Positions 51,554-59,536 of a stretch of DNA of 64,000 bases are shown one piece after another. Under the pieces are notes generated by a model. That model had not been told where the DNA came from, searched no databases, and saw only the letters and a list, made by a program, of their open reading frames with translations. The stretch is from the IMG/VR virus record IMGVR_UViG_3300028591_000206, positions 1,941 to 65,940 of that record; one strand, given 5' to 3'. Both the position numbers and the translations under genes were made by a program. Position 1 is the stretch's first letter. The number at the start of each line of letters is the position of its first letter. This DNA comes from a virus. Its lineage: Duplodnaviria; Caudoviricetes.

Positions 51554-52726
51554 TTAATCTCCATTATTATTTGAAGGAGTTTCAGCCCAATCAACTTGTA
51601 CAAAATTGTTTAATACGCTAACAAGAATACCAGCAAGTTGGCTTTCAGAAATAAATTTGTTTGCAGATAAATTATCTCCATTTGTATCTGTTGGGTCATA
51701 TGGAGAAGCATTAGGCTGATTAATTGCATCGATTGCAGCTAATACAATCGCTTCATAGTTTGCAGCTGTTTTAGAAGATTTGTTTACATTAACAGAAATC
51801 TTCTTTGTATGGCCTGTAAGGTCTGTAGGGTCATCAGTAACAATGGTTTCAGCAGTATCTGTTGTAGAACCAGTATATATATTCATTAATGTATGAAGAT
51901 TAACGAATACACACTGATCTCCATCATTTTCAGATTCATCATATTCTGCACCGGTCTGGCACATAAATACAAGACCAATATCTCCTTCATGGTCTGCATT
52001 TGTAATAGAAGCTGTTAATGATGTACTATTAACTGTGTCTACAAAACATGTAATTTCACCAGCTGTAATTTCAGCTGATGTAATAACATGACTTTCTACT
52101 TTCTTAAAGAAAGAAATATCAAGAATAGACTGATTGTTAATAACAGAATTAACAAACTCAGATACAGCGCCAGATGTCATAAGAGTAGTATCGTCACCAG
52201 TAAAATTAGCACCAATAGATGCATCATCTGAATGAATAGTATTATTTAATACATAGTTTGTCATGTAAGTTGTAAAAATACTTAATGACAGTTCTTGTGG
52301 AACAGAATTGTTATTTGTTACCCAAATAGAACCAGCTTTTGCTGTATGTGTTACTGGTGGTGTCTGTCCATCGGTAATAGTACAATCTGCTGTTACAAAA
52401 TAGAAATTTTCTGGTTTTAAATCATCAGCTACCATATTAGTAGAAACCATATTAAATTTACTAGCATCTCCACCAAATAATGGAGTGTCACCTAAGTATC
52501 CAACACCACCTTTATCAAATAAATAAAAAGTATATGGGTCATGAAGATGTGTTGTTGAATCAACTAAGGAATCATAAGTGGATTTACATGCAGCTTCTGT
52601 TGCGCCTGTAACGATTTTAAATTGGAACTTAGCCATTATAGAGACCTCCTTCTCTTGTGATAATAATGTCTTATTGTCACTAGTTACTAAAGTTTTGCCA
52701 TCGGAGGTAACAAAGGTTTTTTTCAT
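51554..52726 (-). CDS. Acidic virion/decoration-like protein with two in-frame starts (390 aa and 360 aa)
   Basis: AGGAGG RBS upstream of both ATG 52726 and ATG 52636; no recognisable catalytic motif. Confidence 0.55.
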   Translation of the reverse strand: MKKTFVTSDGKTLVTSDNKTLLSQEKEVSIMAKFQFKIVTGATEAACKSTYDSLVDSTTHLHDPYTFYLFDKGGVGYLGDTPLFGGDASKFNMVSTNMVADDLKPENFYFVTADCTITDGQTPPVTHTAKAGSIWVTNNNSVPQELSLSIFTTYMTNYVLNNTIHSDDASIGANFTGDDTTLMTSGAVSEFVNSVINNQSILDISFFKKVESHVITSAEITAGEITCFVDTVNSTSLTASITNADHEGDIGLVFMCQTGAEYDESENDGDQCVFVNLHTLMNIYTGSTTDTAETIVTDDPTDLTGHTKKISVNVNKSSKTAANYEAIVLAAIDAINQPNASPYDPTDTNGDNLSANKFISESQLAGILVSVLNNFVQVDWAETPSNNNGD

Positions 52727-52781
52727 GAAAGTACCTCCTTTTATTATATAATATATAGTAATATTTTATGTTTTGCTTATT

Positions 52782-52819
52782 AAAAAACTGTCTTCACTAA
52801 AATTTTAGTAAAGACAGTT
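52782..52819 (-). terminator. Intrinsic terminator after the RT gene
   Basis: Minus strand aactgtcttt-actaaaattttagt-gaagacagtt followed by a run of T. Confidence 0.8.
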
Positions 52820-52849
52820 AGCTCTATTTTTATTTTATAATATAACTAT

Positions 52850-53839
52850 TTAACTTGCAAGCAAGTCATCTAATTCTAATGAACGTAAAAGATTATAAGA
52901 ATTTGAATGTTTTAGCCAGCCTTTTGTTGATGCTATTTGTTGTCTTAGTTTTTCTTTATCATAATCCTTTATTTGTCTAATTTTCTTAAAGCGCTTCTTA
53001 ATACGTTTTACAGTAGATTTTCTCATTAATACATATTTTTTAAAATGTCTATATCCACAAAAATCAACACCCTGTTTTGTATTAAATAGATTTGCTTTTG
53101 AAAATTGTAGCTCTAGCTCATTTTTTAAAAATTGTTCTATTTGAGTTTTACAATAATTAAGATATTTCTTGTCATTGGAAAACAACATAAAATCATCACA
53201 ATATCTTTCATAACTTCCACATTTTAATGTATGTAATACAAAATTATCTAAAAATGACAAATAAAAATTTCCTAACCATTGTGATAAATAATTACCAATT
53301 GGACAATTAGTATCACCAGGAAAGGAGTATATAATGTTGTCTATTATAGACATAAATTGTTTATCTTTAATTATTCTATGAAGTTTTTTAGAAAGAATAT
53401 TATGATTTATAGATGGATAAAATTTACGAATATCACATTTAAGGCAGTATTTATATTTACGAACATATTCAGAACATTTAATACTTGCAGTTAATTGCCC
53501 TCTTCCTTCTATACAAGAAAAAGTATTTTCGATAAATAGATTAGTTAATATTGGCTTGAGTACATTAACTATTGCATGTTGAACTATTCTATCTGGCATG
53601 AAAGGAAGAATATAAATTTCTCTTTCTTTCGGTTCATATATAGTTTTTGAACGATATTTACTAGTACAAAATTCGCCAGTTATTACAAGCTGACGAACAG
53701 TTTCTAAATTATTTTCTTGATCTTTTAAATACGTTATAACTTGTTTTTGTTTACGTTTACCTTTTAGTGCGTGTTTTTCTGCAAGTTCAAAATTTTCTTT
53801 TGATGTAAATTTTTCACAAAGATGTTTATATGTTTTCAC
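52850..53839 (-). CDS. DGR reverse transcriptase (329 aa, GTG start)
   Basis: 'PDRIVQHAI', 'CDIRKFYPSI', 'CPIGNYLSQWLGNFYL' (DGR IGN-x-x-SQ signature), catalytic 'RYCDDF', 'GVDFCGY'; no maturase or endonuclease extension. Confidence 0.96.
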   Translation of the reverse strand: MKTYKHLCEKFTSKENFELAEKHALKGKRKQKQVITYLKDQENNLETVRQLVITGEFCTSKYRSKTIYEPKEREIYILPFMPDRIVQHAIVNVLKPILTNLFIENTFSCIEGRGQLTASIKCSEYVRKYKYCLKCDIRKFYPSINHNILSKKLHRIIKDKQFMSIIDNIIYSFPGDTNCPIGNYLSQWLGNFYLSFLDNFVLHTLKCGSYERYCDDFMLFSNDKKYLNYCKTQIEQFLKNELELQFSKANLFNTKQGVDFCGYRHFKKYVLMRKSTVKRIKKRFKKIRQIKDYDKEKLRQQIASTKGWLKHSNSYNLLRSLELDDLLAS

Positions 53840-54108
53840 AAATTAAAAAGAGGAACGTTCACTATTTCTAGTTACCAGAACCTCTTTTACCTCTTTTCGT
53901 ATTTTGGTTGCTTTAAACCATTGATACAGAATCAGCTGAACATAGCGAGCATAGAGGTTTAGCGTATGCTATGCTCATATCGAACTACGAGAACCGTTGT
54001 TGTCATTCACATTAGAACGAGAATTGTTCGAATTACGTGAACGTGACCTACAAGAAGAGGTGTTATTCCAGTTACCTCCAGCGTTGACAAACTCACATCC
54101 TGTATCAA
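53840..54108 (-). ncRNA. Inferred DGR template RNA (5' arm + TR + 3' spacer)
   Basis: Starts just after the -10 box; 54097-54108 is complementary to 53921-53932 (12 bp, one G-U); hairpin 53947-53976 lies immediately 3' of the TR. Boundaries are inferred. Confidence 0.6.
53980..54090 (-). repeat. DGR template repeat (TR), 111 bp
   Basis: Aligns gap-free with 54171-54281; 22 mismatches, all at TR adenines (minus strand); in the target frame it reads VNAGGNWNNTSSCRSRSRNSNNSRSNVNDNNGSRSS with 11 AAY codons. Confidence 0.97.
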
Positions 54109-54113
54109 AATGT

Positions 54114-54141
54114 ATTATAGTAAATTTATAAATTATGTCAA
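54114..54141 (-). promoter_or_regulatory. Perfect-consensus sigma-A/sigma-70 promoter TTGACA-N16-TATAAT driving TR-RT
   Basis: Minus strand ttgaca taatttataaatttac tataat, 10 bp after the target stop codon. Confidence 0.8.
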
Positions 54142-54150
54142 GTATAATTT

Positions 54151-55371
54151 TTATTTTTTGTTGATTCGGCTCGAACCACGAGAACCGATGCTGCCAGCCA
54201 CATCAGAACGAGAAAGGTCCGAAGCACGCGAACGCGACCCACAAGAAGAGGCGCTACCCCAGTCACCCCCAGCGCTGACAACGTTCGGCTCTCCATATTC
54301 TTGTCCGAATGATCTTTTACCATCTGTTGTTCTCCAATTTGTAGTTCCATTTGGGCCTATTTCATCTAACCATTGCCATAAATAACCACAACATTCTTCA
54401 CAACCAATAGCTGATATCATTCTACGTCCATTAGTATCAGAATGGCCTCCTACTGTAGTTGCATCAGCGGCATTAATAATACTAGTACATTCGTTTGAAC
54501 CTAATGCTATAGAAGTAAATTCTACATCTGTAAGCATTTTCTTACCAACTTGTAAGAAATCAGCTAAATGATTTATTGGTTGTCTTGAAACAGTATGTGC
54601 AACATTATATTTAGATGTTGTTTTTTCTCCAGTACCAGATTGTAAATAAATATCTACACAAATATCTGTTGCTCTGTCATAAACCATCGCATCTTCAATT
54701 AAACAATCTGGATTCCAGTTTAAACAGAATACTGATTCTGGAAGAATATCTCCAGCTTCAAATCCAGATAAAGGATGTTCACAAGTAATAACATCATATG
54801 GAGAACCAACTTCTACAGCTGTAATAATTTTATTATAAAAAGCATAAAAGTCTGGGTCTTCATATGCTCTATATGGTTTAACAAGATAAGTATAATTAAC
54901 AGCATAATCAGAATGAGAACTTGCTGGTGCTATCATTGTAACATTATCACCAACAGAAACACACAGCGTATGAAATCTTCCAATTTGTACTTTATCAGAA
55001 GCTAATTGTTTAGTAGCAGAAGCTGTAATATTTTTTTCATTATCAATATATACAAAATAATCAGTACCTTCTTGAGTAATCATACTTGATAAATCAATTG
55101 GTGTACTTTCTTCATAAACTGCTTGTTCTCCATTAGCAAGAGTAATTGAAGTTCCAGCTGTAATAATTAATCCTTTTTTATTTTGTGGATCAAATCTTAA
55201 CCATCTAGAAGTAGCACTAGTACTTGAACCAACTAATGTACTGCTTAATCCATAAACAGCACTTTTGTTTTCAAGTGTTTGTATTCTGTTTTCATGCATA
55301 CCAACACTGTCTAATTTAGCTTCTATTTGTTCTCCAGTATATTTAGAAACATATTTATCAGAATCAGCCAT
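54151..55371 (-). CDS. DGR target protein: fibre/adhesin with C-terminal C-type-lectin (FGE-sulfatase-like, Mtd-like) variable domain
   Basis: N-terminal 'YVSKYTGEQIEAKL' fibre-type anchor; 'VDIYLQS...KKMLTDVEF...GCEECCGYLWQWL...AGGDW...CGSRSR'; VR occupies the last codons. Confidence 0.92.
   Translation of the reverse strand: MADSDKYVSKYTGEQIEAKLDSVGMHENRIQTLENKSAVYGLSSTLVGSSTSATSRWLRFDPQNKKGLIITAGTSITLANGEQAVYEESTPIDLSSMITQEGTDYFVYIDNEKNITASATKQLASDKVQIGRFHTLCVSVGDNVTMIAPASSHSDYAVNYTYLVKPYRAYEDPDFYAFYNKIITAVEVGSPYDVITCEHPLSGFEAGDILPESVFCLNWNPDCLIEDAMVYDRATDICVDIYLQSGTGEKTTSKYNVAHTVSRQPINHLADFLQVGKKMLTDVEFTSIALGSNECTSIINAADATTVGGHSDTNGRRMISAIGCEECCGYLWQWLDEIGPNGTTNWRTTDGKRSFGQEYGEPNVVSAGGDWGSASSCGSRSRASDLSRSDVAGSIGSRGSSRINKK
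54171..54281 (-). repeat. DGR variable repeat (VR), 111 bp
   Basis: Encodes VSAGGDWGSASSCGSRSRASDLSRSDVAGSIGSRGS; differs from the TR only at TR adenines. Confidence 0.97.
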
Positions 55372-55401
55372 ATAGATTTCCTCCTTTATTTTTAATAAAT
55401 G

Positions 55402-56064
55402 CTAGTCATGTTTAGTAGTAAATGGTTTGTTATCTTTTGTCATAAATAATTTATTGTCTTTTGTATAGAATCCATATTGTACTTCAGTATCATCTGTTCC
55501 AGTTCCACTAGAGCCACCAGAGCCTGGATTGATTTCTCCTGTTTCAATCATTTCTTGTATGGCTTGTTTTACAAGTTGTTTCATTTGTTCTTCTGTATAT
55601 CCTCCAGAAGAACCAGAATCACTTGCAGAACCTAAATTACCTATTAGAACAAAAGCTGCACCATTATATCTTAAAAGATACGAACCTTTTTCTAATAACA
55701 AATCAGTAATAGTATTAGAATCTCTATAAATAATATCTTTTGCATCTTCATCATTTATTTTCAGTCTAGCTCTTGTAGTACTATTGCCATTAACAAATTT
55801 TACAATAACAGTAACACCAGATATTAATGTAAAATTATTAAGTAAAATAACTTTATCTTGTTCTTCTGCTTCAGTAAAACAATCAGCATATAAAGTACCA
55901 GATGCGCCAAGAGGTACGTTATTATAGGTCATTGCACCATTTTGTTCACCTATTTTAGCTAAATAATTCCTATTAGAAAATAAACTTAAGATCCATTGTT
56001 TGAATCTTAAGTTATTTTCATAAATAGCCTCTTTTATATTTTGTTTACTTGCAACTTTACTCAT
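55402..56064 (-). CDS. Fibre-associated protein with tail-fibre beta domain, Gly/Ser linker and C-terminal T-x-D-N-K repeats
   Basis: 'FTLISGVTVIVKFVNGN...RLKIND..AKDI...LLRYNGAAFVL' is a common phage fibre module; ends 'FYTKDNKLFMTKDNKPFTTKHD'. Confidence 0.6.
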   Translation of the reverse strand: MSKVASKQNIKEAIYENNLRFKQWILSLFSNRNYLAKIGEQNGAMTYNNVPLGASGTLYADCFTEAEEQDKVILLNNFTLISGVTVIVKFVNGNSTTRARLKINDEDAKDIIYRDSNTITDLLLEKGSYLLRYNGAAFVLIGNLGSASDSGSSGGYTEEQMKQLVKQAIQEMIETGEINPGSGGSSGTGTDDTEVQYGFYTKDNKLFMTKDNKPFTTKHD

Positions 56065-56978
56065 TTATTTTCTTCTTCATAATCTTCATCAATAGGTTCA
56101 AATGTTTCTGATAAGATTTCTCTAACAGTATCTTGAAACTCTGGTTTTACTAAGTAATATAAATAATACTTTGATAAATAATAATCATGAGCAGTTCTAC
56201 CGTTAATTTTAAACACATTAAAGCCAGCGGGAACATATTTGCTATATAAGTCTTCGACAGTGATTACTTTCTTAGACTTTAATAACTCGTTTATATCAAC
56301 AGAGTCATTTGCTTTATAAGGACATTCAAATGCTTCTGTCATGCTCTTTTTATTAGCATTGATATCAGATATGTTCTTGTAATGCTCGGCTTCGTATGGA
56401 CATTTAGGAACACATTGAGGATTTAATAATATCTCGTATTTTTCTTTGTTTTTAATCTTAAGCATCTGAGCAGTATTATTAAAGTTATAGCCAAGAACTA
56501 ATAGATCATATTCATTTTCTTTTACTTTAAGTTCGGTAATATTACTATTAAATTCAGACGTAATAGATGCTATGAACTTGATATCGTATTCAGCATAATG
56601 ATTATGTATGTATTGTTTTAAGTTTTCATCAGCAACGATTATTTTGTTAATATCAAGTCTATTTATGATATTTCTAATATCTTCGTTACAGTAATAGTCT
56701 CCAAAGTCAAATGGCTCAAGAGAAGTATTTGTAAACGTATATATGATGCCTATGTCAAGACCGTTATATAATTCAATAAGGTCTTTACGTTCTTGTTCAT
56801 CAGAAGTCATAGCATTAATATTCCTTCCACCATTAAACAGAGAAGGAGTAAAACATCCATATACACCACTGATAGTAATATCGTCATAGAAGTATTCTGG
56901 ATGTTCTTCTAACGTCGTAATTAAAGTCATGTTAAGATCGTGATGTCTTTTAATTCCTGGTATGTGAAATTTAATCAT
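56061..56978 (-). CDS. U32-family (PrtC/RlhA/TrhP/UbiU-V-like) TIM-barrel protein, probable Fe-S enzyme
   Basis: 'EILLNPQCVPKCPYEAEHY...FECP...GFNVFKINGR' resembles the U32 Cys cluster and terminal FKI-x-GR motif. Confidence 0.55.
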   Translation of the reverse strand: MIKFHIPGIKRHHDLNMTLITTLEEHPEYFYDDITISGVYGCFTPSLFNGGRNINAMTSDEQERKDLIELYNGLDIGIIYTFTNTSLEPFDFGDYYCNEDIRNIINRLDINKIIVADENLKQYIHNHYAEYDIKFIASITSEFNSNITELKVKENEYDLLVLGYNFNNTAQMLKIKNKEKYEILLNPQCVPKCPYEAEHYKNISDINANKKSMTEAFECPYKANDSVDINELLKSKKVITVEDLYSKYVPAGFNVFKINGRTAHDYYLSKYYLYYLVKPEFQDTVREILSETFEPIDEDYEEENK

Positions 56979-57976
56979 TGTATCCTCCTGTAAAATGGTA
57001 TGATAATATTTAGTACTTGTGTCTTACCACTATTATAAACTACAACTATGTTATATTCACCAGAATTAGTAATAGAGCCTTTAATCTTGTTAGAAGCATA
57101 GGTTACGCCATTTGGCAAATTAGAAGCATTTTCAACGTTAGATAATTCAATTTCAAAGAACTCGTTCTTTTGAAATACTAACGACACATCTCCTACTGTT
57201 TGATCTATTACAACATCTACTTTTGAATCCACGGTTATACTTACTGATTTGAATTTGATTTCGTCAGACCAGTATTTCGGATCATATACATGTGTACTGA
57301 ACACATTTTGTTTAATAGCAGCAGGAAATTTTCTATATTGTACGAATGCTTTATTATTGCTTTGTATATTAACTTTAGCAATATATTCAGTACTTGGTAT
57401 TACATCACATTTTACGCAAGTATAAGGCCAGTTATTGTATCTGATAATGTTTCTTATATTAGTTATTCTAAAAGATTTACTATAAAACGAATAATGATTT
57501 CGTCTTAAATCTTTTGTTCCAGTAAACTTATAATACCGAAATGTCTGATAAAATTCTGGTATTATAGTTCTGTTAATAGTAGCCTTAATACCTTCGTCTT
57601 TAAAGGCATTATTACTGCGATTAGTACGTTTGATATCTATATAATAGTTTGTTTCATCTCTACATAAATCTTGTATTTTAACAGGAAAATTTATGTTATA
57701 TATAGATGGATCATGTTCTCTTAATATAACAATAGAATTATCTTCTAATAAATTTTTTTTATAGTAATCTACCCTTGATATTTGAAATTGTTTAATCTGA
57801 GGTTCTGCTTCTGGTTCGAATATATATGGCTTGAATATAATGTCACCAGAAACTCTGCCACCTCTTCTAAATAGAATAATATGAGCGTCATTAAGTTCAT
57901 CTTTAGAAAAGGTAGCAGATGTATATGATTTATATGGTCCGTGAGGAACGCTATAAGTTTTGTACGATACTCTCAT
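56975..57976 (-). CDS. Virion-associated protein with C-terminal Ig-like (He_PIG-type) domain
   Basis: 'NLPNGVTYASNKIKGSITNSGEYNIVV'; coupled to neighbours by ATGA overlaps. Confidence 0.5.
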   Translation of the reverse strand: MRVSYKTYSVPHGPYKSYTSATFSKDELNDAHIILFRRGGRVSGDIIFKPYIFEPEAEPQIKQFQISRVDYYKKNLLEDNSIVILREHDPSIYNINFPVKIQDLCRDETNYYIDIKRTNRSNNAFKDEGIKATINRTIIPEFYQTFRYYKFTGTKDLRRNHYSFYSKSFRITNIRNIIRYNNWPYTCVKCDVIPSTEYIAKVNIQSNNKAFVQYRKFPAAIKQNVFSTHVYDPKYWSDEIKFKSVSITVDSKVDVVIDQTVGDVSLVFQKNEFFEIELSNVENASNLPNGVTYASNKIKGSITNSGEYNIVVVYNSGKTQVLNIIIPFYRRIQ

Positions 57977-59523
57977 GATTCATTGACATACTTTGGATAG
58001 ATTGTTATAGGTGCAGCACCAGTTATTGTTAAAGGAACATCTACTTCTTGTGTATAAGTGATATTAATATCTCTTCTTCTTGTATCTGTAAAGTAAGCAG
58101 GCCCCTCAACTACAAGTTCAAATACGCCAGTAGCTTCGACACCAAGATATGTCTTGGCACTGAATGTAATATGTGTAGCAATATCACTACCAGTATATTC
58201 ATAATAGTTTCTTTCGAACTTAATATCAACTTCTTGAGCATCACTTAAGTTAGCAAGATGTACAGAACCGTCTAGTTTAAGATACCATAATCTTCCTGTT
58301 TCATCTAAGCCTACATCATAGATAGAAGCAAGTTCCACACCAGTATATACATATTTTTCCTGTTGAGTACTGAATTTATATATCTGGAAACCACGTTTAA
58401 ACGCTATGATCAAAGTATTCATACTATCATCAAGAAGATAACCATTGATCTGTCTGGTAGAATCGATGTTATCGTAATTTAAGAACGTTAAGTTTTCGTT
58501 ATCTTCCATTTCAAATGTATAAATACCCTGATACGGAATATAATTAGTATTTTCAAAGTTATGATTATGCACGAACATGTGCATATACTTTTTATTTCCG
58601 ACTTGTCTAACAATATTTCTATAATAAGTCGAAACACTATGAGTTGCCGTATTGTAATCAATCCTTGTTTTGTCAAGATTCCATGTAATAGTACAAGGAG
58701 TATATTTACAAGCAGTAGCGAACGTAGTATTAAAGTTAGCGGTTACATCTACAGAATAAATACCCAATGGTTGCTCTGGTTCACCGAGGTTATATACATA
58801 AGCGCCATATTCGTTAGGACCGATTTGTACGGGAGAAAGTAACTGACTACAATTGTAGTTACCAGTTGTAGTCATCTGACCACGATATGTTGTTGTTGTT
58901 ATTTGAGTATTGTTAGTGATGTCATATCGTGTAATAGCAATATTATTATCGCTATATGATACGAAAAAGAAGAAAGCAGCATCTTTATATACTAATAATG
59001 GTGCAGGCTGTGAATATGTATATCCTAAACTGAAGCAAGTAGTATTTGTATGTGCCACTTTGTCATATCTCATAAGATACCATGTCTTATTAGATTGTGT
59101 TATGAAATATAAATACTGTTCAGTTTGATCTACATAAGATAAGAACTGATGATCACCGTAGTTAATAATGTCTTTCATAAGGGTACACGTTGAATCTTTT
59201 TCAAGAACAACGTTTAAGTGCAACCTTCTTTCTGCTGATATATATCCAGAATGTGTAAAGACATAGTATTTTCCAGATACGAATTCATCTTGAACAATAG
59301 TATTTTCTATGTTCTTTCTGTTCCATGAATATGTATCGCAATATAAGCTTTTCTTTAAGTTTAAGTGATATGGAGATCCATATACACTGGTGAATTCAAA
59401 TGGTACTGGAGAAAGATTATTTTTTAAATAATATTGGGTATTGAGTAAAAAACCGTTACCTACTTCCATTACTTTTGGTCTTAAACCATCGATAAGCGTA
59501 TAACGTGGATTAAAGATTTTCAT
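57973..59523 (-). CDS. Beta-propeller-like virion protein with C-terminal Ig-like domain (paralogue A)
   Basis: Tyr-rich repeated beta blades; N- and C-termini parallel those of 59537..61159. Confidence 0.5.
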   Translation of the reverse strand: MKIFNPRYTLIDGLRPKVMEVGNGFLLNTQYYLKNNLSPVPFEFTSVYGSPYHLNLKKSLYCDTYSWNRKNIENTIVQDEFVSGKYYVFTHSGYISAERRLHLNVVLEKDSTCTLMKDIINYGDHQFLSYVDQTEQYLYFITQSNKTWYLMRYDKVAHTNTTCFSLGYTYSQPAPLLVYKDAAFFFFVSYSDNNIAITRYDITNNTQITTTTYRGQMTTTGNYNCSQLLSPVQIGPNEYGAYVYNLGEPEQPLGIYSVDVTANFNTTFATACKYTPCTITWNLDKTRIDYNTATHSVSTYYRNIVRQVGNKKYMHMFVHNHNFENTNYIPYQGIYTFEMEDNENLTFLNYDNIDSTRQINGYLLDDSMNTLIIAFKRGFQIYKFSTQQEKYVYTGVELASIYDVGLDETGRLWYLKLDGSVHLANLSDAQEVDIKFERNYYEYTGSDIATHITFSAKTYLGVEATGVFELVVEGPAYFTDTRRRDINITYTQEVDVPLTITGAAPITIYPKYVNES

Positions 59524-59536
59524 AATTTCCTCCCGT

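Larger units (their letters stand above)
52782..55371 (-). mobile_element. Diversity-generating retroelement (target/VR - TR - RT)
   Basis: DGR-type RT, 111-bp TR/VR pair with adenine-only mismatches, and a CLec-type target ending in the VR. Confidence 0.97.

Noticed and set aside
52850-53839. RT as a group II intron, retron or abortive-infection RT
   Set aside because: It is short, has no maturase/endonuclease domain or VTG retron motif, and is explained by the IGN-x-x-SQ signature and the adjacent TR/VR pair.
1-54100. Additional DGR target genes (second VR)
   Set aside because: No other gene here ends in a GG-x-W...C-x-x-R-x-R CLec motif and no other TR-like copy was seen by eye; remote targets outside the window remain possible.
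54138-54350. 70-aa minus-strand ORF near the TR as a possible avd gene
   Set aside because: It lies almost entirely inside the target gene's 3' end in another frame, is too short, and lacks a four-helix-bundle character; it stays open because the VR is GC-rich.
54110-54385. 91-aa plus-strand ORF antisense to the VR
   Set aside because: Shadow ORF across the GC-rich VR with no RBS; it would be scrambled by each retrohoming event.
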